Shown here: in pieces, positions 55,932 through 64,000 of the stretch
Layout of the letters: every line of letters begins with the position of its first letter
How positions within the stretch are numbered: the stretch's first letter is position 1
Source of the DNA: Bacteroidota bacterium
GTDB lineage: Bacteria; Bacteroidota; Bacteroidia; Bacteroidales; UBA12481
Assembly (NCBI GenBank): GCA_043797975.1
Contig: JAZDPC010000039.1
Coordinates: 25,659 to 89,658, forward strand
Length of the DNA: 64,000 nt
Direction: 5' to 3'
Made by a program: the position numbers and the translations under genes
The notes under the pieces: generated by a model
The model's database searches: none
Told to the model about the DNA's origin: nothing
The model's input: the letters and a program-made list of their open reading frames with translations, nothing else

Positions 55932-56234
55932 ATGCAAACGGAAATACAGATTGTAAGAGTACTCCGGAATATTTATGATCCTGAAATTCCTGTCAATATT
56001 TATGATCTTGGCCTGATATATGAAGTCAATGTGAATGAGGATGGCAAAGTTGATATCCTGATGACCCTCACAGCCCCCGGATGCCCGATGGCTGACGAAC
56101 TGATGCAGGAGATTCATGAGGAGGTGAGTAAGATTGAAGGGGTTACGCGCGTAAATGTCAAACTGACCTTCAATCCGCCCTGGAACCGTGACATGATGAC
56201 GGATGAGGCAAAACTTGAATTAGGTTATCTATAA
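55932..56234 (+). CDS. sufT: DUF59 / SufT-like Fe-S assembly protein
   Basis: 100 aa with DPEIPVNIYDLGLIY and TLTAPGCPMA motifs of the MIP18/DUF59 family. It lies at the end of the suf operon. Confidence 0.85.
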   Translation: MQTEIQIVRVLRNIYDPEIPVNIYDLGLIYEVNVNEDGKVDILMTLTAPGCPMADELMQEIHEEVSKIEGVTRVNVKLTFNPPWNRDMMTDEAKLELGYL

Positions 56235-56239
56235 ATACA

Positions 56240-57205
56240 TTGGACCTTTCCGGCCAAATAGCAGCGCAAATAAGGGTCAAGGCTCTTGAACTGGGTTTTA
56301 CAGCTTGCGGCTTTTCTACGGCTTCACGGCTAAATGAGCTGGAACACTTTTTCGAACAGTGGATCGCTGAAGGCAAGCACGGAACACTGGATTATCTTGA
56401 AAAGAACCGGGAACTCAGGATGGATCCTACAACCCTGTTGCCGGGTACAAAAACGGTCATTTCTCTGGCAGCCTCCTATTATTTTCCTTCAAATCATGAT
56501 GATTCGGGCAATAACCTGATTTGCCGCTACGCGCGGGGGAAAGATTACCATAAGGTTATGAAAGCTTATGGAGAGCAATTGCTGGCCTGGATGAATGAAA
56601 CCTTTGGCCCTCTCAGCGGACGGGTATTTGTGGATTCGGGACCTATTTTTGAAAAAGAGTGGGCCAGGAGGAGTGGAATTGGCTGGATAGGTAAACATGG
56701 GTTGCTGATAATCCCCGGTAAAGGCTCCTGGTTATTTCTCTGTGAGATACTGACTGACCTTGTTGTGGAAGAAAAAACCGAACCGGTTGCTAACCGTTGC
56801 GGGACCTGCACCCGGTGCATCGAAGCTTGTCCTACCGGGGCTATTGCCAGTACCGGGAGGCTCAATCCGCCCTCATGCATTGCCTACCTCACCATCGAAG
56901 ATCAGGTCGAAGTACCGGATTCACTGAGAGGTAAATGGAAGCACACCGTTTTTGGATGTGACATTTGCCAGGAGGTTTGTCCCTGGAACGCTGCTCCTGA
57001 AATAACCCGGATGGATGAATTTATTCCGGATAACCGAAGGGAAAGAATTACACCGGAGACTGTCAGGTCGCTTACACCGGAGGCTTTTCTGGAAAAATAC
57101 GGAGATACCGCATTGATCAGAACCGGTTTAAAGGGAATTTTACGGAACTTTGCCTTTATTCAGGACATGGATCCTGATGCGCTGACACATAAAAAATGCC
57201 CTTGA
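56240..57205 (+). CDS. queG: tRNA epoxyqueuosine(34) reductase
   Basis: 321 aa with two 4Fe-4S motifs (CGTCTRCIEACPTGA, CDICQEVCPWN) and WIGKHGLLI. The ORF begins at TTG, and no in-frame ATG lies near the N-terminus. Confidence 0.85.
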   Translation: MDLSGQIAAQIRVKALELGFTACGFSTASRLNELEHFFEQWIAEGKHGTLDYLEKNRELRMDPTTLLPGTKTVISLAASYYFPSNHDDSGNNLICRYARGKDYHKVMKAYGEQLLAWMNETFGPLSGRVFVDSGPIFEKEWARRSGIGWIGKHGLLIIPGKGSWLFLCEILTDLVVEEKTEPVANRCGTCTRCIEACPTGAIASTGRLNPPSCIAYLTIEDQVEVPDSLRGKWKHTVFGCDICQEVCPWNAAPEITRMDEFIPDNRRERITPETVRSLTPEAFLEKYGDTALIRTGLKGILRNFAFIQDMDPDALTHKKCP

Positions 57206-58212
57206 AATCATCGACCTATAAACCTGACGGATTCCGGACGGTCATCAGCCCGGCTTCAGCTGAGTACCGCTTAACATACGGAAAAGGAATTATGCTGATC
57301 GGTTCCTGTTTTACCGAAAACATCGGTAATTACCTGGCCCGGTATAAGTTCAGTGCCGACCAGAATCCCTTTGGGATCGTTTATAATCCGTTATCCATTG
57401 CTGCCCAGATCCGGAGGCTGGTTGAGAATACTCCTTATAAGGCTGAAGACCTGGTCTTCAGGGATGACCTTTGGCACTCCTTTGACCATCACGGACGGTT
57501 TTCAGATGTCAATCAGGAGCTCTGCCTAAACCGGATAAATTCAAGGCTTGAACAGTCTGCCTCCTTTATCAGGCATGCCGGTCATCTCATCCTGACCTTC
57601 GGTACTCCCCGCGTATACAATCGTAAGAGTTCAGGGGAACCGGTGGCCAATTGCCACAAGTTTCCGGAAGCTGATTTCAGCTCAAAATTGTATGAGCCCG
57701 AAGAGATCCTGGAAAAGCTGATCCAGGTAATTGATCTTCTACGCAATATTAACCCGGATATCCGGCTGGTCTGGTCGGTAAGTCCCGTCAGGTACCTGAA
57801 GGAAGGTGCACCGGGAAACCAGCTGTCAAAATCTATCCTGATCCGGATGATTGTCCGCTTGCTTGAAACCTATCCGGAGAGCTACTATTTCCCCGCTTAT
57901 GAGATATTTATGGATGATTTGCGTGATTACCGGTACTATGCAACCGACCTGGTGCATCCCGGGGAAGCAGGCATTGACTATGTTTGGGAACGATTCAAAG
58001 AGTCCTGCATAGATCCGGATTCCATTGAGCTGATGAACAGGTTGGAACCTGTCATAAAGGCTGCCCGGCACCGGCAGTCAGGAGAGATTACCATGGCGCG
58101 AAAAGAATTCTACATCAGTCAGTTGGAAAAGATAAGCAAACTAAAAGAGGAATTTCCTTTTTTGAATTTCGATCCTGAAATAAAGGCTTTCAGTTCTGCC
58201 CGGCAATCATAG
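57196..58212 (+). CDS. GSCFA domain-containing protein
   Basis: 338 aa. The N-terminal IMLIGSCFTENIG is the family-defining GSCF motif. It overlaps queG by 10 nt. Confidence 0.8.
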   Translation: MPLKSSTYKPDGFRTVISPASAEYRLTYGKGIMLIGSCFTENIGNYLARYKFSADQNPFGIVYNPLSIAAQIRRLVENTPYKAEDLVFRDDLWHSFDHHGRFSDVNQELCLNRINSRLEQSASFIRHAGHLILTFGTPRVYNRKSSGEPVANCHKFPEADFSSKLYEPEEILEKLIQVIDLLRNINPDIRLVWSVSPVRYLKEGAPGNQLSKSILIRMIVRLLETYPESYYFPAYEIFMDDLRDYRYYATDLVHPGEAGIDYVWERFKESCIDPDSIELMNRLEPVIKAARHRQSGEITMARKEFYISQLEKISKLKEEFPFLNFDPEIKAFSSARQS

Positions 58213-58971
58213 CTTGCCTGACCGCTCCAATTCCTTCAGATCCTCCGGAGTATCGATCCCGAATCCCTCATAATCCGTTTCGCAGCACAGGATACGGAAA
58301 CCGTGTTCCAGCCATCTTAATTGTTCGAGCGATTCGGCAACCTCCAGCGGGGTGGGAGTAAGCCTGACGAGCTTGTCAAGCATATCCGGTTTGAAAGCAT
58401 AGATCCCTGTATGGCACAGCCAGGGTTGTTCCGCGGTCTCCCGGTTAGAGTCATAGGGAATGGGTGATCTGGAAAAATAGAGAGCAAAACCATTCTGATC
58501 GGTGACAACTTTAACCCGGTTCGGATTGGCAATTTTTGAGATATTGCGTTCGGTCCTGACCAGCGTGGCGATCTCCGCATCCGGTTTAAGGATCTGCCGG
58601 GAGAGCAGGGCAATTGCAGCAGGACTGATGAGGGGTTCATCCCCCTGAATGTTGACTATTGCACGGAAGGTGCGACCCGTTTGATGTTTGTACAGTTCAG
58701 CCGCTTCCATGCAGCGGCTGGTTCCGTTAGGATGATCTTTCCGGGTAAGGATTACACCGGCGCCATATTGTTTGGCTACCTCCGTAATTTCTGTGTCGCA
58801 GGTAGCTATGACCACCTGGCTGAGAGCCTGCTGAACCTGCCGGTAAACCCGTATGACCATCGGCACACCACCGACCAGTACGACCGGTTTGCCCGGGAAC
58901 CTGATTGATGCCATCCTGGCAGGAATTACACCCAGAACATCATGGTTAATGCTAACGGATTGATCAGTCAT
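58207..58971 (-). CDS. kdsB: 3-deoxy-manno-octulosonate cytidylyltransferase (CMP-KDO synthetase)
   Basis: 254 aa with IPARMASIRFPGKPV, VNIQGDEPLI and LEQLRWLEHG motifs. Confidence 0.92.
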   Translation of the reverse strand: MTDQSVSINHDVLGVIPARMASIRFPGKPVVLVGGVPMVIRVYRQVQQALSQVVIATCDTEITEVAKQYGAGVILTRKDHPNGTSRCMEAAELYKHQTGRTFRAIVNIQGDEPLISPAAIALLSRQILKPDAEIATLVRTERNISKIANPNRVKVVTDQNGFALYFSRSPIPYDSNRETAEQPWLCHTGIYAFKPDMLDKLVRLTPTPLEVAESLEQLRWLEHGFRILCCETDYEGFGIDTPEDLKELERSGKL

Positions 58972-59015
58972 TGCAGCGAATTACGCCTTGAAGTTATAAA
59001 AAAGGCAGAAAGTTG

Positions 59016-59023
59016 TACCTTTG
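59016..59023 (+). promoter_or_regulatory. candidate -7 promoter box (TACCTTTG) for the sigma-54 activator operon
   Basis: Matches TAnnTTTG, 37 nt upstream of the ATG at 59060. Confidence 0.4.
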
Positions 59024-59059
59024 CAAAGTTCATGAAAAAATGTCCGATAATTGACTGTT

Positions 59060-60298
59060 ATGGATGTAAACAAGATTAAACAACGGTTTGAGATCATCGG
59101 AAACTCCCCGGCACTCCATCGTGCCATCGAGGTGGCCGTTCAGGTTGCCCCTACGGATCTGTCCGTACTGATCACCGGAGAAAGTGGTACCGGTAAGGAA
59201 CGGTTCCCTCAGATCATACATCAATACAGTTTGAGAAAGCATGGCCCTTACATTGCTGTGAACTGTGGGGCTATACCGGAAGGAACCATCGATTCAGAAT
59301 TGTTCGGACATGAAAAGGGAGCCTTTACCGGCGCCCATGAAGCCCGAAAAGGTTATTTTGAGGAAGCGAACGGGGGTACTATTTTTCTTGATGAAATTGG
59401 AGAGCTGCCTCTTTCGACACAGGTAAGACTGTTACGTGTACTCGAATCGGGTGAATATATCAGGGTTGGCTCTTCAAAAGTCCAGAAAACCAACATCAGG
59501 CTGGTCGCTGCCACGAATGCCGATATACAGAAAGCAGTGAGGGAAGGGCGGTTCAGGGAAGATCTCTACTACCGGCTCAATACCGTTCCGATTATTGTGG
59601 CTCCGCTAAGAAACCGGATTGAGGATATCTATCTGTTATTCAGGAAATTTGCACAGGATTTCGCGGAGAAATACATGATGCAGGTTGTACGCCTCGATGA
59701 AGCAGCACAGGTATTGCTCGAGAATTACAAATGGCCGGGCAATATCCGTCAACTCAAAAATATCACCGAGCAATTGTCCATCATCGAAAAGGACAGGATT
59801 GTTACGGCAGACCGGCTGGCTATTTACCTCCCTGATGATATTCGAAGCACTCTTCCTGTCCTTCTTCCCAAAGACCGGGACGAACGGTCCTTCAGTTCCG
59901 AACGTGAGATCCTGTATCAGGTCCTCTTTGATATGAAAAGGGACGTTACCGATCTTAAAAAACTGGTCAATGAGATGATGGAACATAAGGATTTCATTCC
60001 ATCGCCTGACTCCGAACATCAGAATATTTTCACCCGCTTGTATGAACAGGACGATCGTCGCTTCGACGGCAATAACCCGCTGGCTGGATCCGTTCATGTA
60101 AAACACAGGGATGAAACAGAGATTGAGGATACTGAAGAAATTGTTGAAACATCACTTCTCCTTCAGGACAATGAGATTGAGCTGATCAACAAGGCGTTAA
60201 AGAAGCATGGCGGTAAACGAAAACTGGCTGCCCAGGAACTGGGAATCAGTGAGCGGACGCTGTACCGGAAGATCAACGAATATGGAATACATGAATAG
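59060..60298 (+). CDS. sigma-54-dependent transcriptional activator (AAA+ and Fis-type HTH, no N-terminal regulatory domain)
   Basis: The AAA+ domain starts within about 25 aa of the N-terminus. Walker A GESGTGKE, GAFTGA loop (HEKGAFTGAHEA), FLDEIGEL and WPGNIRQLKN are present. C-terminal HTH (AAQELGISERTLYRKINEYGI). Confidence 0.88.
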   Translation: MDVNKIKQRFEIIGNSPALHRAIEVAVQVAPTDLSVLITGESGTGKERFPQIIHQYSLRKHGPYIAVNCGAIPEGTIDSELFGHEKGAFTGAHEARKGYFEEANGGTIFLDEIGELPLSTQVRLLRVLESGEYIRVGSSKVQKTNIRLVAATNADIQKAVREGRFREDLYYRLNTVPIIVAPLRNRIEDIYLLFRKFAQDFAEKYMMQVVRLDEAAQVLLENYKWPGNIRQLKNITEQLSIIEKDRIVTADRLAIYLPDDIRSTLPVLLPKDRDERSFSSEREILYQVLFDMKRDVTDLKKLVNEMMEHKDFIPSPDSEHQNIFTRLYEQDDRRFDGNNPLAGSVHVKHRDETEIEDTEEIVETSLLLQDNEIELINKALKKHGGKRKLAAQELGISERTLYRKINEYGIHE

Positions 60299-60347
60299 GG
60301 CAAAAGGCAGAGGGCATAAGGAAAGGTAAAAGGATCAAGGAATAAGG
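60299..60347. repeat. purine-rich spacer made of exactly seven heptamers
   Basis: GGCAAAA GGCAGAG GGCATAA GGAAAGG TAAAAGG ATCAAGG AATAAGG fills every base between the TAG at 60296-60298 and the ATG at 60348. Confidence 0.8.
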
Positions 60348-60863
60348 ATGAAGAGCTTTGTAAAAGTTGGATTTCTGGTGTTATTGATCGGGATTGGAGG
60401 ATGCCGGATGAGATTTTCATTTACAGGAGCATCCATTACTCCCGATATGAAAACGGTTTCCGTTGCCTATTTTCCAAACCGCGCTCCGATCGTGAATCCT
60501 TCGCTGAGCCAGGATTTTACGGAGAAGCTGAAAGACAGGTTCATTTCGCAGACAAGCCTTAACATGCTCAGTGACGGGGGCGATCTCTCCTTTGAAGGTG
60601 AGATTGTTGATTACAATACCAAACCGATGGCCATTAGCCAGAATCAACAGCAGGAGCAGGCTTCGTTAAACCGCCTGAGCATTACCATAAACGTAAAATT
60701 CACCAACCAGATAGACCCTACCAAGAATTTCGAATCGAAATTTACGGCTTACGAGGATTACAACAGTGACCAAGGCCTCGATGCGGTGGAAGGAGAACTT
60801 GTTCCCCTGATCATTGATAAAATCATTGAGGACGTCTTTAATAAAGCGGTGGTAAACTGGTAA
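60348..60863 (+). CDS. lptE: LptE-family LPS-assembly lipoprotein (putative)
   Basis: 171 aa with lipobox IGIGGCRMRFSFTGASI. The size and the position between the sigma-54 activator and secG are as commonly seen in Bacteroidota. Confidence 0.6.
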   Translation: MKSFVKVGFLVLLIGIGGCRMRFSFTGASITPDMKTVSVAYFPNRAPIVNPSLSQDFTEKLKDRFISQTSLNMLSDGGDLSFEGEIVDYNTKPMAISQNQQQEQASLNRLSITINVKFTNQIDPTKNFESKFTAYEDYNSDQGLDAVEGELVPLIIDKIIEDVFNKAVVNW

Positions 60864-61528
60864 TGAATCCTGATCAGTTTATCGGATTACTGCAGCATCC
60901 GGAAAAACTGGATGCTGAATCAGCGCAACTGCTGGAGAACCTGATCAGGGAATTTCCATATTGTCAGCCTGCTCATTTATTATATCTCTGGAATCTTTAT
61001 ATTGAGGGGGACCTTCGCTTTAATCAGCAGCTGAAAGTTACTGCCATGTATGCACCGGACCGGAGGAGATTATATGAGATGATCCGTCTTTCCCATATAC
61101 CGCGGATCCAGACTTCACCGACTGACGATACAAAGGGACCGGAAATGGTAAAGCAGGTTGAAAGTGCTTTGCCCCTGATCGAACCTGATCTCGTGAGTTT
61201 TGAGTACCGGGAAGAAAGCCCGGAACCAGTTCCGGCACCTCCGCCCCGGAAACCGGTAGCCGATCTGATCGATCAGTTCATTAAGAATTCAGAGACCAGG
61301 ATAATCAGAGCCGATCTGGAATCATCATCAAAAGAAGATCTGTCGATCGATAGCCTGAAGGAGGATGATGAGATGCTCACGGAAACGCTTGCGAAAATCT
61401 ATATCCAGCAAGGCTATTATCTGAAAGCCTTGCAGTCATATGAGAAACTTAGTTTGAAATTTCCTGAAAAAAGTATTTACTTTGCAACTCAAATTGATAT
61501 GATCAGAGAACTAATTAAGAATCAATAA
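60863..61528 (+). CDS. hypothetical protein (C-terminal TPR-like helix pair)
   Basis: 221 aa with a TAATG-type 1-nt overlap with the preceding gene. C-terminal AKIYIQQGYYLKALQSYEKLSLKFPEKS. Confidence 0.55.
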   Translation: MNPDQFIGLLQHPEKLDAESAQLLENLIREFPYCQPAHLLYLWNLYIEGDLRFNQQLKVTAMYAPDRRRLYEMIRLSHIPRIQTSPTDDTKGPEMVKQVESALPLIEPDLVSFEYREESPEPVPAPPPRKPVADLIDQFIKNSETRIIRADLESSSKEDLSIDSLKEDDEMLTETLAKIYIQQGYYLKALQSYEKLSLKFPEKSIYFATQIDMIRELIKNQ

Positions 61529-61539
61529 TTCAATAGAAT

Positions 61540-61893
61540 ATGTATATCTTCATTTCCATCCTGATCCTGGTTGTCTGCGTTTTTCTGGGTCTGATCGTAC
61601 TGATACAGAACTCAAAAGGCGGTGGTTTGGCAGCTAATTTTTCAGCTTCCACACAGATCATGGGTGTCCGCAAAACCAACGACTTCCTTGAAAAAGCTAC
61701 ATGGACGCTTGCTATAGTCCTTGTGGTACTTTGTATCTCAGCCAGCCTGAGCATACCGAAAGGCGACTTATCGAACCGTTCGGTTATCGAAGAACAGATT
61801 CAAAATGCCGTGGATCCTTCCGAGATACCGCAGATTCCTACAGGAACACCTGCCAGTCAGGGTACCGGGACCACAGAAGTTCCGCAACAATAG
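61540..61893 (+). CDS. secG: preprotein translocase subunit SecG
   Basis: 117 aa with two TM helices and the conserved LIVLIQNSKGGGL motif. Confidence 0.85.
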   Translation: MYIFISILILVVCVFLGLIVLIQNSKGGGLAANFSASTQIMGVRKTNDFLEKATWTLAIVLVVLCISASLSIPKGDLSNRSVIEEQIQNAVDPSEIPQIPTGTPASQGTGTTEVPQQ

Positions 61894-61913
61894 CGCACAA
61901 AATATGGTTAAAC

Positions 61914-61941
61914 ATCCCTGTCACGGCAGGGATTTTTTTTT
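61914..61941 (+). terminator. intrinsic terminator after secG
   Basis: ATCCCTG-TCACGG-CAGGGAT followed by a T-run of nine (TTTTTTTTT). Confidence 0.75.
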
Positions 61942-62039
61942 ATGACAGGCTGTCAGTAACGACCGAATGGCATGCAATGTGATGAGTAAAGAAACGAAAC
62001 GAAAACTAATTCTATAATCAATTCAAAAAACACTAAGAT

Positions 62040-62321
62040 ATGGCTACATTGAATGTTAAACCTCTGGGAGACAGGGTTCTGGTTGAACCGCAGGAAGCAG
62101 AAGTAAAAACGGCTTCAGGTATTATCATACCCGACTCAGCTCAGGAGAAACCGCAGAAAGGTAAAGTCCTGGCCGTTGGTCCGGGTACCAAGGATGTTGT
62201 AATGGAAGTTAAAGTTGGAAACGTTGTCCTTTATGGAAAATATTCCGGCACGGAGATCAAGGTTGATGACAAAAACTGCCTGATCATGCGCCAGTCGGAT
62301 ATTCTTGCAGTAATTAAATAA
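62040..62321 (+). CDS. groES: co-chaperonin GroES
   Basis: 93 aa with [12 protein letters not shown]...GIIIPDSA...GKVLAVGPG. Confidence 0.97.
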   Translation: MATLNVKPLGDRVLVEPQEAEVKTASGIIIPDSAQEKPQKGKVLAVGPGTKDVVMEVKVGNVVLYGKYSGTEIKVDDKNCLIMRQSDILAVIK

Positions 62322-62349
62322 TCCCGTAAACTTTTAAATCTGATATACT

Positions 62350-63987
62350 ATGGCTAAAGAAATTAGATATGATGTTGAAGCCCGTGAGGCTCTGAAAAAG
62401 GGTGTTGATGAAATGGCTAATGCTGTCAAGGTCACTCTCGGCCCTAAAGGTCGTAATGTGGTGATTGAAAAGAAATTCGGTTCGCCGCAGATAACCAAGG
62501 ATGGCGTAACTGTTGCAAAAGAGATCGAACTGCCGAATAAATTTGAGAATATCGGTGCCCAGATGGTAAAAGAAGTTGCTTCTAAAACTTCCGATGATGC
62601 CGGTGACGGTACCACTACGGCAACTGTGCTGGCTCAGTCCATTGTATCAGTCGGCTTAAAAAACGTAACAGCAGGTGCCAATCCGATGGACCTGAAAAGG
62701 GGTATTGATCTGGCCGTGGTTAAAGTTGTTGAAAGCCTGAAATCCCAATCGAAAACGATCGGTGACGATTATAAGAAAATCGAGCAGGTCGCCACTATTT
62801 CTGCTAATAACGATCAGGAAATCGGTAAACTGATTGCCGATGCAATGGGCAAAGTACACAAAGAAGGTGTAATCACTGTTGAAGAAGCAAAAGGTACCGA
62901 TACCACCGTTGAAGTGGTTGAAGGTATGCAATTCGACAGGGGTTATATCTCGGCTTATTTCGTTACCGATACTGATAAGATGGAAGCTGTTTTGGATCAT
63001 CCTTATATCCTGATCTACGACAAAAAGGTTTCCGCCATGAAAGACCTTCTTCCTATTCTTGAGGCAACCGTTCAAACCGGCCGTCCGCTCCTGATCATTG
63101 CTGAAGATGTTGAAGGTGAAGCCCTGGCTACCCTGGTCGTCAACAAACTTCGCGGCAGCCTGAAAATAGGCGCTGTAAAAGCTCCTGGCTTCGGTGACCG
63201 CAGAAAAGAGATGCTTCAGGATATCGCTATTCTGACCGGTGGTACGGTAATCTCCGAGGAAACCGGCATGAAACTTGAGCTGACTACTCTGGATATGCTC
63301 GGTAATGCTGAAAAAGTAACCATCGATAAAGAAAACACCATTATTGTAAATGGCAGTGGCGAGAAAAAAATGATCCAGGCCCGGGTTAACCAGATCAAAA
63401 CCCAGATCGAGAGCACCACTTCGGATTATGACCGTGAGAAACTGCAGGAACGCCTGGCTAAACTGGCCGGCGGGGTAGCTGTTCTTCGCATTGGTGCTGC
63501 TTCCGAGATTGAGATGAAAGAGAAAAAGGACCGGGTTGATGATGCGCTTAGCGCTACCCGTGCCGCAGTCGAAGAAGGTATCATTCCCGGCGGTGGTGTT
63601 GCTTATATCCGCGCTATCAACGCCCTTGACGGCCTTAAAGGAGAAAATGATGACCAGACTACCGGTATTGCAATTGTCCGCAGGGCTCTTGAAGAACCAT
63701 TGCGCCAGATCGTTGCCAACGCAGGTATCGAAGGTTCCGTTATTGTCCAGGAGGTGAAAAAAGGGAAAGAAGATTATGGATTCAATGCCCGCACAGAAAA
63801 ATATGAACACCTTCATAAAACAGGTGTGATCGATCCTACCAAGGTTGCACGCATTGCTCTCGAAAATGCTGCTTCCGTTGCCGGTATGATCCTCACCACC
63901 GAAACCCTGATCGCCGATATACCCGAGGAAAAAGAACCTATGGGCGGAGGTGCTCCGGGAATGGGCGGTATGGGCGGTATGATGTAA
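62350..63987 (+). CDS. groEL: chaperonin GroEL
   Basis: 545 aa with canonical GroEL sequence ([22 protein letters not shown]) and a C-terminal GGM repeat tail. Confidence 0.98.
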   Translation: MAKEIRYDVEAREALKKGVDEMANAVKVTLGPKGRNVVIEKKFGSPQITKDGVTVAKEIELPNKFENIGAQMVKEVASKTSDDAGDGTTTATVLAQSIVSVGLKNVTAGANPMDLKRGIDLAVVKVVESLKSQSKTIGDDYKKIEQVATISANNDQEIGKLIADAMGKVHKEGVITVEEAKGTDTTVEVVEGMQFDRGYISAYFVTDTDKMEAVLDHPYILIYDKKVSAMKDLLPILEATVQTGRPLLIIAEDVEGEALATLVVNKLRGSLKIGAVKAPGFGDRRKEMLQDIAILTGGTVISEETGMKLELTTLDMLGNAEKVTIDKENTIIVNGSGEKKMIQARVNQIKTQIESTTSDYDREKLQERLAKLAGGVAVLRIGAASEIEMKEKKDRVDDALSATRAAVEEGIIPGGGVAYIRAINALDGLKGENDDQTTGIAIVRRALEEPLRQIVANAGIEGSVIVQEVKKGKEDYGFNARTEKYEHLHKTGVIDPTKVARIALENAASVAGMILTTETLIADIPEEKEPMGGGAPGMGGMGGMM

Positions 63988-64000
63988 TAAAATCATTATC

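Noticed and set aside
61942-62039. A heat-shock control element upstream of groES (CIRCE inverted repeat, or a TATAAT-type box at CTATAAT).
   Set aside because: No TTAGCACTC-N9-GAGTGCTAA-like inverted repeat is present. The TATAAT-like hexamer and the GAAAC GAAAC GAAAAC run are too weak to call without TSS data.
62656-63996. A 446-aa ORF antisense to groEL, plus similar long antisense ORFs at 2523-3272, 19217-19984, 31907-32593, 35423-36184, 41827-42621 and 47746-48381.
   Set aside because: Each lies entirely opposite a confidently identified conserved gene. Each has low-complexity or odd composition and no recognisable motif. These are typical shadow ORFs.

Overview
This 64-kb window looks like a core chromosomal segment of a Bacteroidota genome. 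The evidence is a 2507-aa SprA (T9SS translocon) in the ruvA-sprA-gcvH arrangement, a T9SS C-terminal sorting domain on a large protease, and a fused LpxC-FabZ. There are also many Cys-lipobox lipoproteins, a FISUMP-domain protein, and repeated TAnnTTTG -7 promoter boxes. I call about 52 CDS, 1 probable pseudogene and 2 tRNAs (Thr-CGU and initiator-type Met-CAU).

Gene content, in order:
- leuA(partial)-leuC-leuD-leuB
- a small glycan and signalling patch: GH29 fucosidase, DgkA-family kinase, TPR histidine kinase, GH2
- a run of uncharacterised lipoproteins and outer-membrane proteins, a MATE pump, and a 1145-aa M6 metalloprotease T9SS cargo
- M23 peptidase-dxr-rseP, a futalosine-type radical SAM gene, and pepA-pdxA-ruvA-sprA-gcvH
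- rimP-nusA-infB, an HD hydrolase, lpxD-lpxC/fabZ-lpxA, and thiL
- sufBCDSE plus a DUF59 gene, queG, a GSCFA gene, and kdsB
- a sigma-54 activator followed by lptE-like, a hypothetical gene, secG, and groES-groEL

I see no transposase, integrase, CRISPR array, defence island or biosynthetic cluster, and no convincing new multi-gene system.

The most unusual signal is at small scale. Several same-strand spacers (leuC-leuD, sufB-sufC, activator-lptE), the leuB 3' end and one stretch inside leuD are built from 7-, 8-, 9- or 22-bp micro-tandem arrays. Two unrelated operons share the same units, AGTGAC-type at the upstream stop codon and AATCGTA-type at the downstream start codon.

Other points worth a second look:
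- a DUF3078 gene with an in-frame TGA and no usable start codon
- a terminator-like hairpin in the rimP-nusA-infB leader
- a perfect 9-3-9 palindrome over the sufB promoter
- a sigma-54 activator with no regulatory domain

All family assignments come from reading motifs in the supplied translations by eye. No database search was run.
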